From positions 18,487,292-18,551,291 of the forward strand of contig OZ316898.1 of assembly GCA_973895155.1 (NCBI GenBank): a DNA stretch of 64,000 nucleotides. Direction: 5' to 3'. This DNA comes from Marsupella aquatica. Lineage: Eukaryota > Plantae > Marchantiophyta. Under the pieces are notes generated by a model. It was not told the DNA's origin and ran no database searches. It saw only the letters and a program-made list of their open reading frames with translations. Made by a program: the position numbers and the translations under genes. Shown here one piece after another: positions 23,984 to 36,708 of the stretch. How positions within the stretch are numbered: position 1 is the first letter of the stretch; each line of letters opens with the position of its first letter.

Positions 23984-26900
23984 ATGTCGTCTGGTCGAGA
24001 TGGGACGGTTCTTGGGAGCGGCGAGAGCAAAGGGGCGTTCAGGAATTTGAGCGCAGTGAGGAGAAGTTCGTCAGCCTCCGATAGCCCGAGAATGAAGCCG
24101 GGAGGTATTCCGTCCCCAAACAGCGGCAGCACACGGAGGACGATGAGTGGGAGGTACGTCTCGGTCTCTCGAGAGGAAGAGGAGTCCATGGATTTGTCCG
24201 GAGACATCAGCTCCGATTTCCCCTACTTGGTGCACATCCCTCCAACTCCAGACAATCAACCCATGTCCGGGACCAACACCCCGAGGCCTCCTGGGCTCGA
24301 TCCGGTCATTGCAGGTAAAGCAGAGCAGCAATTCGTGTCTAGCACGATGTTCACGGGAGGATTCAACGCTGTCACTCGAGGCCATGTGATGGAGAAGGTG
24401 ACGGATAACGATGAGCACGCCCATCCACAAATGGCTGGGTCCAGGGGGAGGACTTGTCAGGTCGATGGGTGTGATGCCAAGGCTATGAGGGATGAGAGAG
24501 GTGAAGATTTACTCCCTTGTGAGTGCAACTATCAAATCTGTCGTGATTGCTATCTTGATGCCTTGGCTGAGGGGGGCAGATGCCCTGGCTGCAAAGAACT
24601 GTACAAGGAATCGGATTTTGGCGACTATGATGAACCACATCGTGAGGCACTGGAGAGAGAGCAGAGAGCTCTTCCTTCACCCAACGATGACCCGAAGATG
24701 GAGAGGAGGTTGTCACTCGTGAAAAACCCCAAGCGGCTGATGGGCCAGCAGCACCAAACAGCAGGGGACTCTTTCGACCATGCTCGCTGGCTGTACGAAA
24801 CCAAGGGCACTTACGGTTACGGCAATGCTGTGTGGCCCAAGGATGACTCCTACCTCGGGGGCGGCGGTGCAGGTGGCATTGGTATGGCTGGAAGTGGAGC
24901 TCCTCCACAGTTCAACGAAAAATCCCGAAGACCACTCAGCCGCAAAGTGCCGATTCCTGCTGGTATCATCAGTCCATACCGGTGAGCATTCTAGTTTGAC
25001 TTTCATGACCAATGAATACAGTACAGGGTTTCCCTGTTGGTAGAGATATTATGGATTTCATCTACGATATCTCTTCCCGGAATTTTAGTATAGGCCGCTG
25101 GCCTCGAGTGGGAGGTAAAATCGAAAATCTTGATGTCTGTCTTCTTGTTAAGTTGTAGCAGGTCTCCTATGGCATTCCAGATTGAACCCATGGTGCTAGA
25201 AACCCTTTCTTCTATTCAATCTTTACGAAAGATCACTTACCTTCTCGGGAATCTCTATAGAATGTGAGCATGTTCTAAAGAGTTCGCAAAGGGGTAGTGG
25301 GGACTGTTCAATCAAAAGCGGGAATCTTTATCTGCTAGTCCAGCTACAGGAGGTGATTGATGGATCTAAGCATTTTGATTCCGTGGAGCTCAAAGATATG
25401 GCTTTTCTTTCTCCATTGCAGGTTTCTCGCCGTGGTGAGGTTTGTGGTGCTGGGACTATTCTTGGCGTGGCGTATAACTAACCCCAACCATAAAGCGATG
25501 TGGTTGTGGGGAATGTCCGTCGTCTGTGAGATCTGGTTCGCCTTCTCTTGGGTGCTGGATCAGCTCCCCAAGCTCTGCCCTGTGAATCGACAGACTGACC
25601 TCCAAGTTCTCAGTGAGATGTTCGAGAAGGTCACACCTGAAAATCCAAGAGGCCGCTCCGATTTGCCAGGAGTCGACATGTTCGTGTCAACTGCTGATCC
25701 AGAGAAAGAGCCCCCTCTGGTCACCGCCAACACAATTCTCTCAATTCTTGCCGCTGACTACCCTCTCGAGAAGCTTTCTTGCTACCTATCCGATGATGGA
25801 GGCGCTCTCCTGACCTTCGAGGCTTTAGCCGAGGCAGCCAGCTTCTCTAGGGTGTGGGTTCCCTTCTGCCGGAAGCACACCATCGAGCCTCGGAATCCCG
25901 AGACCTACTTTCTCTTGCGAGGTGATCCCACGAAAGGCAAGTTGCGTCAAGACTTCGTCAAAGATCGGAGGAGAGTGAAGAGAGAGTATGATGAGTTCAA
26001 GGTCAGAATCAATGGGCTGCCGGACTCAATCAGGAGAAGATCTGATGCTTACAACGCGCACGAGGAAATCCGGGCGAAAAGGAACCAAATTGAGTCTGGA
26101 CTTGACCCTTCTGAACCCCTCAAGGTACCCAAGGCGACATGGATGGCCGATGGCACGCACTGGCCCGGGATGTGGGTTCAATCTGTAAAGGAGCACAGCC
26201 GTGGTGATCATGCTGGAATCATCCAGGTAAAATGTCACTCCTCTCTCTTCACTCGACGTCTCTGGTCAAAAATCTCGTAGCTGTTTTGAAATTGAGGCTT
26301 TTGATGAGTCTCTGAAGTGACTCTTTTGAGTTTAGCGCTATGAGGTTTGGAGGTGAAGATTTTTCGCTAAGGGGTGAAAGGTCATGAGATGTCGAAATGG
26401 AGGCTGTTTAGGTTTCGAGGTGAAGATTTTTGAGGTGTATGAGAGACTTTTGAGCCGGAGATCACAAGTTTCTAAAGTGAAGCTGATGCTTTCCCATTCC
26501 TGTCGTGTTTGAGGTTTCGAAGTGAAGAATTTGAGGTCAAGATTTTGTGATTTTGAGGTGAAGCTTTTAAAGTTCTGAGGTGAACATTTTCCGCTCAGAG
26601 GGGCTTGAGGTTTTGAAGTGGAGGCTGTTTAGGTTTCGAGGTGAAGATTTTTGAGGTTTATGAGTGAGACTATTGAGACGGAGATTTTGAAACTGATGCT
26701 TCCCCAATCCTGTGGTTTGCAGGTTATGTTGGCACCACCCAGCCCCGAACCACTGATGGGCAGTGCGGACGAGGAGAACTTGATTGACACGACCGACATC
26801 GACGTCCGCCTTCCGATGCTTGTGTACGTGTCTCGAGAGAAGCGTCCAGGCTACGATCACAACAAGAAGGCCGGAGCCATGAATGCTTTGGTCAGGACCA

Positions 26901-28489
26901 GTGCAATTATGTCCAACGGCCCATTTATTCTCAATCTCGACTGCGATCACTACATTTATTATTCCCTCGCCATCAGGGAGGCGATGTGCTTCATGCTGGG
27001 CCGTGGCGGCGAACGAATTTGTTACATACAATTTCCTCAACGGTTCGAAGGTGTGGACCCGAGTGATCGGTATGCTAATCGCAACACAGTCTTCTTCGAC
27101 GTGAACATGAGGGCTCTGGACGGTCTCCAAGGCCCGGTTTACGTGGGAACCGGATGTTGCTTCAGACGAACAGCGCTCTACGGATTTGACCCGCCACGCA
27201 AGCCGAAGGACCACTCCTGCTGGTCTATATGCTGTGGAGGATCCAGGAAGGGGAAGAAGAGTGCCAAGGTGAACAGAGAAGTAGCAGTGTCCACCATAAA
27301 TGGGACCAGCAGTGATGATGAGTTAGACATGGAGAGCCGAGGACTTCTCCCCAAGCAATACGGCAATTCCATGGCCTTCGTGGCTTCCATTCCCGTGGCT
27401 GAGTTTAGAGGACGGCCTCTTGCCGAGCAGGGCATCCACAATGGGAGACCGGCAGGTTCACTCACAGCACCTCGAGAACCACTTGATGCAGCCACCGTTG
27501 CTGAGGCCATCAATGTGATCTCTTGTTTCTATGAAGACAAGACGGAATGGGGTGAAAGAGTGGGGTGGATTTACGGGTCCGTGACAGAAGATGTGGTGAC
27601 AGGCTTCAGAATGCACAACCGTGGGTGGAAGTCGATCTATTGCGTGACCAAAAAGGATGCATTCAGAGGGACCGCTCCCATCAATCTGACGGATAGATTG
27701 CATCAAGTACTTCGGTGGGCCACGGGATCAGTGGAGATTTTCTTCTCACGTAATAATGCCATCTTTGCGAACAGCCATATGAAGATGCTGCAGCGCATTG
27801 CCTACCTGAACGTGGGAGTTTACCCATTCACGTCCATTTTCCTTCTCGTATACTGCTTCTTGCCGGCAATGTCTCTCTTCTCAAACCAATTCATTGTGGC
27901 AACCCTTAACATTACTTTCTTGGTTTACTTGCTCACGATTACCGTCACTCTGAGCTTGCTGGCCATTCTGGAGGTGAAGTGGTCGGGAATCACGCTCGAG
28001 GAGTGGTGGAGGAATGAACAATTCTGGGTCATTGGTGGAACAAGTGCACATCTGGCCGCCGTTTTCCAGGGTCTGCTGAAAGTTCTGGCTGGAGTGGACA
28101 TTTCCTTCACACTCACTTCCAAATCTGGAGGTGAAGATGAGGACGACTTGTACGCTGATTTGTACATTGTGAAGTGGTCCGCCCTCATGATCCCGCCGAT
28201 CACTATCATGCTCGTGAACATGATTGCAATTGCAGTTGCCGTTTCTCGCACGGTGTACAGTACGAATCCCCAGTGGAGTGAGCTCGTTGGTGGCGTGTTC
28301 TTCAGCGTCTGGGTGCTGATACACTTGTATCCGTTTGCCAAGGGTCTCATGGGAAGAAAGGGGCGCACTCCCACGGTTGTGTTCGTCTGGGCCGGTCTTC
28401 TCTCCATTGTCATCTCCCTTCTGTGGGTGACGATCAGCCCTCCCTCGAACTCCACTGGCTTGGGAACTTCAAGCTTCCAGTTTCCTTGA
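23984..28489 (+). CDS. CSLD: Cellulose synthase-like D protein (GT2), 1189 aa, 3 exons
   Basis: Exons 23984-24981, 25422-26226 and 26723-28489 with GT-AG introns give 3570 nt in frame. CSLD N-terminal motifs [19 protein letters not shown] and FTGGFN.VTRGH, a Cys-rich RING-like region, [14 protein letters not shown], the DDG/DCD/TED/QVLRW catalytic motifs, and a C-terminal FQFP. Confidence 0.97.
26280..26700 (+). repeat. Degenerate GAGGTGAAG-type repeats filling CSLD intron 2
   Basis: Many (tc)gaggtgaaga / ttttgagg units. The 37-bp ggaggctgtttaggtttcgaggtgaagatttttgagg is identical at ~26399 and ~26620. Confidence 0.7.
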
Positions 28490-30252
28490 AGAAACTACGG
28501 GAGAGGAAGTAGAAACCACATGTGAAACATTCAATTGTTCCGAAAAGACTGGCTTTAATCTTCGAGGAGAATTGAGCAGGCTTCGAGGTCGCACCAAGTA
28601 AGCTCCTAGAATCATCTGATAAGGTTGGATCACCACAATCTGTGATCCTAAAAGCCTCGTGCTGCACCGGGGACCATGGATGATTTGGAGGACTTCTCCA
28701 GGGCGATGAAATATTCAGGAAATTCGTGGAATTTCGTAATTTTTGGAACTGAACTGAAGGAATAACGAAACTGAGAAGTCGAGCAGAAGCACAAGATGAA
28801 TCTCTCGGACAGGAAGGGTTTCTCAGGTACCTGCTGACATTGTGAAGGTGAAAATGTTGATAATCATCATGAGAATTGATCATAAGCACCAAATTGTAAA
28901 GAATGATCTCAACCATGATGGTGAAATTTGTGTACAAAAGTAGAAGAGTAGATGATCAGACATATTGTTGAATTCATTCTTTTAGTGACTAAAGTCCGTC
29001 GAGCGAACCAATTAATTGGTAGCTACAGCTCGGACACGCAACAAAGGCCCTGAGTAGGCTCTCTGTCCTAAATCCTGCCCTAGGATCCCAGCAATTCATT
29101 GTTGTCAATTAGATGTTAGGTGTGACTACTTCTACTTCATGAGAGAAGATCTCATTGCCGAATAATGGCTGGCGATCATGCTAGGGAGGGGACGGGGAGG
29201 CGCAGGATTCCAAACAAATCTTCAATTGTTTGAAAAATGGGAGTGTTTATTCTTTAACGGCTTTACAAAGTTTCGCATCTCACTGTCATTCGGAAGCTGT
29301 CTGTTCTCGTCTGGTGCCATGGTTAGTGTACTTGATTGAGTTGTTCACACGTTACATATGTCAGTTGAAGTTAAAGCAGTTGTGTTATCTGTGATTTGGA
29401 TGCCTGTGTTACAAACGGGGTCGGAGGGGACATATACACTTGGCCGATGGCCAGCCTACAGAACGGACATTCTGTACTACCGTTTTTTGTGCACGATTGG
29501 ATACGGAATCTTCATAAAGCTGAATCCGATCGTTGGTCAGGACAGAGTATTTCATCCCGAAGCATATTTCATTTTCTTTAATCAAATTATCATGGTTGAG
29601 AGTGATACGTCAAAGGGTGACGTTGGAAGTTAGTGAAAAAGGGCTTTGACCTGAGTCTGATATGCCATTAGCCCCACTATGCGTGTATGCATCTGCTTTA
29701 CGGGTAACTCTGCTTTCTAGATAGCAAAAACAATTTTTTTGCCTTGAAAACTGAAAGCAGGCCGTAGATGTCCTGCTCTAGAGCATGTCTTTGCAACATA
29801 GTTTGCACGCGGTCTCCATATTCCTTGACGCGGTCCCAGGTCAACATACCTCGCCGTGAGCCTACATGAGTGCTCTTTAGGAGGAAATCTTCACATATTT
29901 CCTCCAACCCACTGACCTTCTTGGCCAGATCGACGTTGCAGGAAATGTTCGTCTTGTATATAGTTAGGCAGCTCTTGAACTTCTCGATGGTCGCTCTCGA
30001 CAAAGGCCTCACTTGACTTTTCCCGGTGTCGTTATTAATAATTTTACTTGCTTTCGCGAGAACTTCCTATCTGGATGAACCCCCGGAGATGACACCTTGA
30101 CAATACATTTCTGGACGGTGGGAGAGTTTCCAATGTGGAAGGGCCCCACCCTTGCAGAAAACCAAACAGTCGTGTGAAAAAGTGAAGATTGACTGCTTAA
30201 GGGCATTCCACAACTGGTAGGACACACCAGTCAGACACTCTTCAGCGTCAAG

Positions 30253-30814
30253 TTTGGGGAAAGTCAGCGAACGCGTTTGGCTGCCCTCCAGCTTGAGTCG
30301 ACACTTTTTACTAACCGCGATGTGGACCCACTCCGGCATGCATCCAAGGTGTGTACAGTCCTTCGTTGAACAGCAACAATTGTTTTCTCAAGGTACCGAC
30401 CGAAAGCGAAAACAGAAACTGCTAGAGCGCGACGCAGTACGAGAGTGACCATGTAGGTTTAGGGTTTAGGGTTTAGGGTTTGTGTACAGTCCTTCGTTGA
30501 ACAGCAACAATTGTTTTCTCAAGGTACCGACCGAAAGCGAAAACAGAAACTGCTAGAGCGCGACGCAGTACGAGAGTGACCATGTAGGTTTAGGGTTTAG
30601 GGTTTAGGGTTTGGGGAAAGTCAGCCAACGCGTTTGGCTGCCCTCCAGCTTGAGTCGACACTTTTTACTAACCGCGATGTGGACCCACTCCGGCATGCAT
30701 CCAAGGTGTGTACAGTCCTTCGTTGAACAGCAACAATTGTTTTCTCAAGGTACCGACCGAAAGCGAAAACAGAAACTGCTAGAGCGCGACGCAGTACGAG
30801 AGTGACCATGTAGG
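30253..30814 (+). repeat. Tandem duplication with (TTTAGGG)3 telomeric tracts at both junctions
   Basis: Unit 30253-30457, (TTTAGGG)3 at 30458-30478, partial unit 30482-30588, (TTTAGGG)3 at 30589-30609, full unit 30610-30814 (one visible SNP). Confidence 0.95.
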
Positions 30815-32163
30815 TCACAAGCGATGCGTTGGATCGTATTAGCTCCATGTTGCAATCAATATAGCCGCAAGATCACAAGATTACGAGATCGCGGTCTCCA
30901 AATGATGATGACAATGATTGATCACTGCATTGCAAACACCCGTTCAGCCGGAGGTGCATATGCCTGTATCGCAGCTAACTGACGAGCATTCCGCTCCGCC
31001 ATCGCTGGAAACTGATGAGTGAAATTGGAGCTTCGTCGTCTCGTTTTCACTGATGAGCACCATCGCTACTGTCTGGCAAAGGAGTGGAGACCACAGCGAC
31101 GAGCAGCCTGGGTCAACTGCTGGACCGAACACCAATCACCATCAAATGGGTGCAGGTTCAGAACGATTTCGAAAGCCCAAGAAGGGCATGTTCCTCGTAA
31201 GAAACGCAGCATTGCCATGGCCAGCTTGTTCTGAGCTTTATGAATATTGAATTTTTCATTCAAAAGCAAATCAGACGAACGACATGCTGTGAGCAATAAG
31301 TTCATGCACTTGTACACAAAATCCATTCAGTATTTCAGTTCTCGACGTGCTTCTACAGCCTGGCAAATTGGCAATGATTACGGCACTAGTCATCGAAGAG
31401 ATTCAGAGACCGAGTCAGCTGATAATTGTGTGACGAACCAATAAATAAGTAATTGGAGATTTGAAGTCATCGGTACTGTACATCAGTTTGCCTGTGCCTC
31501 AGAACTGTAGACGGACACAATTAAATTTGTCGTTCCAAACCAACGGTAACTTAGTACCAAAAAAGCTCCCCCACGTTTTCAAAGTTTAAACGACCAAATT
31601 TCCCCCTAAATTGTGGCAAGCTGTACTGAAGTACTTCAGTATATACATGGCCCTCAAATCGAGAACTTTAGCTCTAGTTTCGAGAGGCTAGTATTGCAAA
31701 CTTTAGTAATTTAGTAGAGCTATTTTTAATTCCTAAAATGAAGGTCCCAGGAATCACAAGGTACAGTAGGTCGTTTGAAACTCTCTAGGATAATATTTTT
31801 CAAAATTTGAGTTTCATTATGATAGCTTGATATTTATAAATTTAAATATTTTTTAGTTTTGAGTATGTGCTAGAGGAGTAGGCAAGCTACTCTTCCATTA
31901 AAATGACAGTGAATTTTTGACCAAATTTAGTTGAATTTTTCAGCATGGAATGAGGAGGGGTAAAATTGATTAGATTAGTTTTCATTCTTATACTAATTTG
32001 CCATGGGTTACCCCACACTATAATTACATTTTCTCTATTAGAACAGCTCTAACTATAAAGCTACAGTAGCGGAGGTCACTTGTGGCCCCCTGGGTGCGCA
32101 ATCTGCCCCAATTTCATGCTGCAGATCGCCCCCAAATTTGGCAGAATATTAGGAGATTTACAC

Positions 32164-32185
32164 TTAGGGTTTAGGGTTTAGGTTT
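32164..32185 (+). repeat. Short interstitial telomeric tract (TTAGGG TTTAGGG TTTAGG TTT)
   Basis: Read directly; same orientation as the tracts at 30458 and 30589. Confidence 0.8.
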
Positions 32186-35100
32186 CCGGCTTGTTTAAGC
32201 GATTTTGGCCTTTCCTTCTGCCCGCAGGCAGCTTATACTCCAAGGCTTTTAGTTTCATCTCTACGCAATTGCCACCGGGCAGCCAAATTTGTTTTGTTTG
32301 TTTGTTTTGAAAGGAACATTTTACTCACTTGAAAAGTAAAACCCAATAAAACATGGGAGTAAACCTGGCCAGACCAAAATAGTCAACAGGCCCAAAGTCA
32401 CACTAAGTTGAAACACATTCAGCCAAGTAGACTAGGCAAAATAAAAAGGTGGAAGGCAACACATGCAAAGCCCACCTAACAAAATGCGGGAACAAAACAG
32501 ATTCGAGGGCACACTCAGCCAAGAGTGCAGGACGAGACCCAGCAATTAACCAGGAACTGAACTTCTGCAAACATGAAGACCAAGGTAAATCCCCAAAAAT
32601 AGAGCAAGCCATCCACGTACACACTAAATCCTAATGCAAGAGGCAATCAAAACTGATGCCAAAAGCCAAAGACAAGTATAAGGCTCAATAGCTAACCCAC
32701 TGTTCAGTACCATGCCGGTCACTGTCCACTGGCCCACCTTTGTCCACTGGCCGGTCTTATGAGTTTTGTCCCTCCTACTGCAGTAGTTGAATTTCTTGTT
32801 TGACTTCTATCTTTGGTTTTGCCTCTCTCCTGGTGCTGGCTTCCCTGGTCTTTTGGACTTCGACCTTTGGTCCACCTGGGTGCTGACCCCCTTTGTGGGC
32901 CACCCCTTTTGTATGTTGGCTTTTTGGATGAATTTGAAATGGTTTTTTGGAGGCAAATAAAACTATAAGGCACAAACTTGTTTTCAATCCGGCTCCTTTC
33001 CAAATCTCCTTTCCAAATTTCAAACATAATGTTTTTCAACAGCGTCTGCCCGGTACCTTTGGGCCTTTCATTTGCTGGAGGGCCCCCGGTGTAACTGCAG
33101 TAGTAAGATGGGTTTATTTACTTCTCAGCACGGGTACATAGTTTTTCAAGAGTACTCTGCCCTGCCCTACTGCCTGAGGGCAGATTACCGGTACACGATT
33201 TCCTTCAAAAGGTTGCAGAAACGCATGCATCATCATCCTGCCAGCTGGCGACTTAAAATATTTTGCTTGCGTGATTGCAAAGTGTGTTCTTTAATCCTGT
33301 TTCTGTTTACTGGGCAGTTTCATCTACGTCTCAGTACCGGAAATGTTTTTCCAAGAGGGAAAGACGAGTAATATTATTTCCCAAGGGTAGTTTGGATGAG
33401 TCCAGGTAATTGTAAATCAAAACCCAACTGCCAGATGCCTATTTAGAATAACACTCAATGATATAATTTAGCTCGCAATAATTGGATTTATCATGATATG
33501 GAGTGACATAATAAGTAGTAGATTGTCACAATTTGATGTAACAATTATTGGGGGCTGCAGTTTGGATTGTGAAAAGACTTATGATGGCACAATGTCAATG
33601 GGCTCTGCAACTATTTTGTCACTAAACCTGGTGAGTGGTAATTTAAGAAAGGAATTCAATACGTAAAAGCCAATGCCCTACTCTAGTGTAGGGATGGCTA
33701 GTGGAGGTTTAAACGTTAAACCCCCTAAGGTTAAAAAGGAATGTTCTTAATCTTATTCGTTAAGCATCTCAAAACCTAGCTCAAAACTCAGCAATACCAG
33801 AATCAAGCAGTCTAAATTAACTTCAAGTTATGGCAACTCCCATAAAAGTCATGGAAGCTACATCAGTAAAACCTGTGGGCTTAACACTCATCCAACCAAT
33901 AAACTCCATAATAAGTTTCCCATGACTCTATGTTCCATGTTTTTTGCTGTTGATGAATAAATGCGGATATCCGTTTTGAAAAATGAAAAAAGAAAAAAAG
34001 TTTCCCAGAACTCTAGGGGGTCTATCCATAAAAACCAATGTCCACATATTCATAAAAACCGGTGTCAAATAAGCTAGTCATGGAGTAGTGGTAGCTTACA
34101 AGTACTCTCCAAAATCATGCCGTGGCGACAATGCTCCTTTCGAGCAGGCTGACGACGCAAGTGTTGCTTTGTATAGAATCTTGAATTGAAGGTGTTGCTA
34201 TCCCAAACCGAGTGAGCGAGTCGATTGAAAGAGCAGCGATGGCCTAATTACATGCTGGCAGAACCCAAAATAGTGAGGTCTGTCATAACTTGATCAACCT
34301 GCCAGCGTATCAAGATGGATATATGGTCCAGGGGAGACTCATGCGGACGCCACCTACACACCAGTCCACACAGTTCCCTCGCATTCTACACAGATACTAG
34401 AGTTTCTGGATTCTGTGAAAGCAAACCCTCTCCCAGACAACGGGCATGAACCTCTCGATGAGATGAACTTTAGATGAAATGAACGTTTGAGAATGCAAAT
34501 GTCACATCAATTCTTGCCTTGTCGTCATTCCTTGCTTCTGAAGGAGATGGGTACTTTGCGCTAGGGACGATTTCAGTCTTGTTCGCATTCAGTTTCAGAT
34601 TCCGTTCACCCCTCGTTCACCATCATGACGTTGCAGTCGAGAATTAAGAGTTTGTTTGCTGAGATTTGTCTTAGAAGTTTGATTTGCTGTAGTACTATCG
34701 ATACCTGTGATCATGATGGTCAGGGACTCTGCTTTGTCTATCTGAACTCGATCTAATTCTAAACCGTAACTAAGCAATTGATCAGTACTTCATCTTAGGC
34801 TCAGTGGCTTGTGTACTATATATAACAACTTATGCGACCTATTTTGCCAAATCTGCTCCAAGGTTTGAATCTGAAGGCCATAAAGACGTGATTATTGTTC
34901 TTGAGCCCTCAGAAACGCCCTCTGCCGTCAAAAGAATTAATCAGGCAAGAATTCGCAGTGAGATGGCACGATTGCCTTTCCGAATCACCCTGAAAGTGCG
35001 CGAATATGCATCGGTGCCGTGTTTTGTGGAGCTTTTGCAGCCAATGTAATCGTCGTGTCGCGAGTTTCAAAGAAGATCGATCTGCGGGGTACAGCGGGCT

Positions 35101-36708
35101 GCTTGCTTCATTAATTGATTGGGATTAAAAAATACATACCGAAATGAAGTTGCTGTATAATCTATCACTGCAGCAGACGTACACACCAAATGTAACATTT
35201 GTAAGTCACTTTCGGTATAATTGCAAAATATCGTCTAAGGTGGTCTCACTGATGAACAATCTAGTGTATTAAGAACACTGCAGATGCTTCTCAGGCAGCA
35301 AATCGTAGTTCCTTAGACGTAAGTATGGTAGCTGTCTTTTATTTTCGGGCCACAGGTTTGTCCAAGCCTTGGAACTCAAAAGTCTGAAAGAGGAGGACAA
35401 GGAATTCCTAGAAAATCATTGACCTTAGCAATGAAACCTTCCCCGGGAATTAGTGTTATTAGCGTACATTTGGAGCGAGGGAAGGTGGGTAGAAGACGGG
35501 TTGACCTGGTGGCATCTACATATATATCAGCCCAACAGGCCATAGGGACGAATAGTCGGCTGGGCTCTCGATGAGGCTGTTCTCATCTCGAATTCACAAA
35601 AAAGACCTTTGGGGAAGCTTTTCTTATCTCCAATTCAAAGTGCAGCGACTCTGCCAGTCTCGCCTTCAGCGAAAGTGTAGTATTGGTGGTCATTGCATTG
35701 CTCCAAACCCGCGGCATTCCTGTACAATCAATCTACCTCGTCTGCAAAGAAAGCGATAATCTAGATGGGAAGACTAGGTGGAGCCGGCCGGATGTCGCCG
35801 GTGTGCTGAGCACAGTCATCCATCTCGGCCGCCTGTGAAGCGCTCTCAAGGAGGCGACTTGTATAATGTTATGTAGCATCGTAACAATGATCATCAAAGG
35901 GTATCTCGAAATTGGGACTAATGATCAACACCACTGGGCACGGAAATCAATCGATATAATTGGACATGTAGGAAAATCGTTTAAGAAGAGAACTTTGTTT
36001 GTTTGGATTGATAAGTCCACAATCGGGTGAAGTACAATTTCAGTGAAAGAACATTTGCATGCAATCTGAATGGCAACAGCGCACCATCATCGGTCTACGC
36101 ACAAGAGGAGGCTTGGACTGAGATGCTCTGGACCAAAAGCTCGACTAAAATGAATTGTCCTCTTGATGGCATCCATTGGAACATGAATATGACGAACCGT
36201 TCAAGGAAGGAAACCTCGTAACTAAGTTAAAACTAAGTACTAGGCCAACTGCAGTTCTTCAATTGAACTCGTGCGAATAAGATACAATGCCTCAAAGAGG
36301 ACGTGCAGGGAAATCTAGGCCAGGAGGACGCCTTTGGGCTGACCAAGATCTATTTCAGCCGCCTGTGATGAGCTCATGGGCTCTCATGGAGACGAAGATG
36401 CATATTTCTAGCAAGGTGACAATGACCGATCTGGAAGAGTACCTGCAAAGAGACAGCAGTCCAGAAGTTGGTCTGGCGTGGAACATGGGCCACGCTGCCA
36501 CCATTGCTGCAGATCTTTGAGACTCACAGCAGGCCAGCCAGGAAAAGTATTCCTACGACAATGACAAAAATCAATGAAGACGAAGAGCTCGTGCACGGAA
36601 AATTCCGGGCCATGCACGGCTATGAAGAGTTCGAAAGAGCGCAGTGAGAGATAGAAGAATCCGTCCCTGAGTTGATTCGAGACTCGAGTCCACGAAGACA
36701 GAGCGATC

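Noticed and set aside
26567-28455. Long minus-strand ORFs overlapping CSLD
   Set aside because: Antisense shadows of a GC-rich coding exon. The same applies to ORFs opposite the oxygenase and transposon genes.
30458-30609. Telomerase RNA gene or true chromosome end
   Set aside because: The tracts are only three repeats with unique sequence on both sides, and I saw no Pol III USE/TATA promoter arrangement.
30253-30814. CRISPR-like repeat-spacer array
   Set aside because: The 'repeats' are telomeric TTTAGGG and the 'spacers' are copies of one another. The context is eukaryotic and there are no cas genes.
30975-31060. Hammerhead ribozyme (CTGACGAG / CTGATGAG ... GAAA) near the telomeric duplication
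   Set aside because: Core-like strings are present, but stem II does not close before GAAA and I could not build stems I and III.
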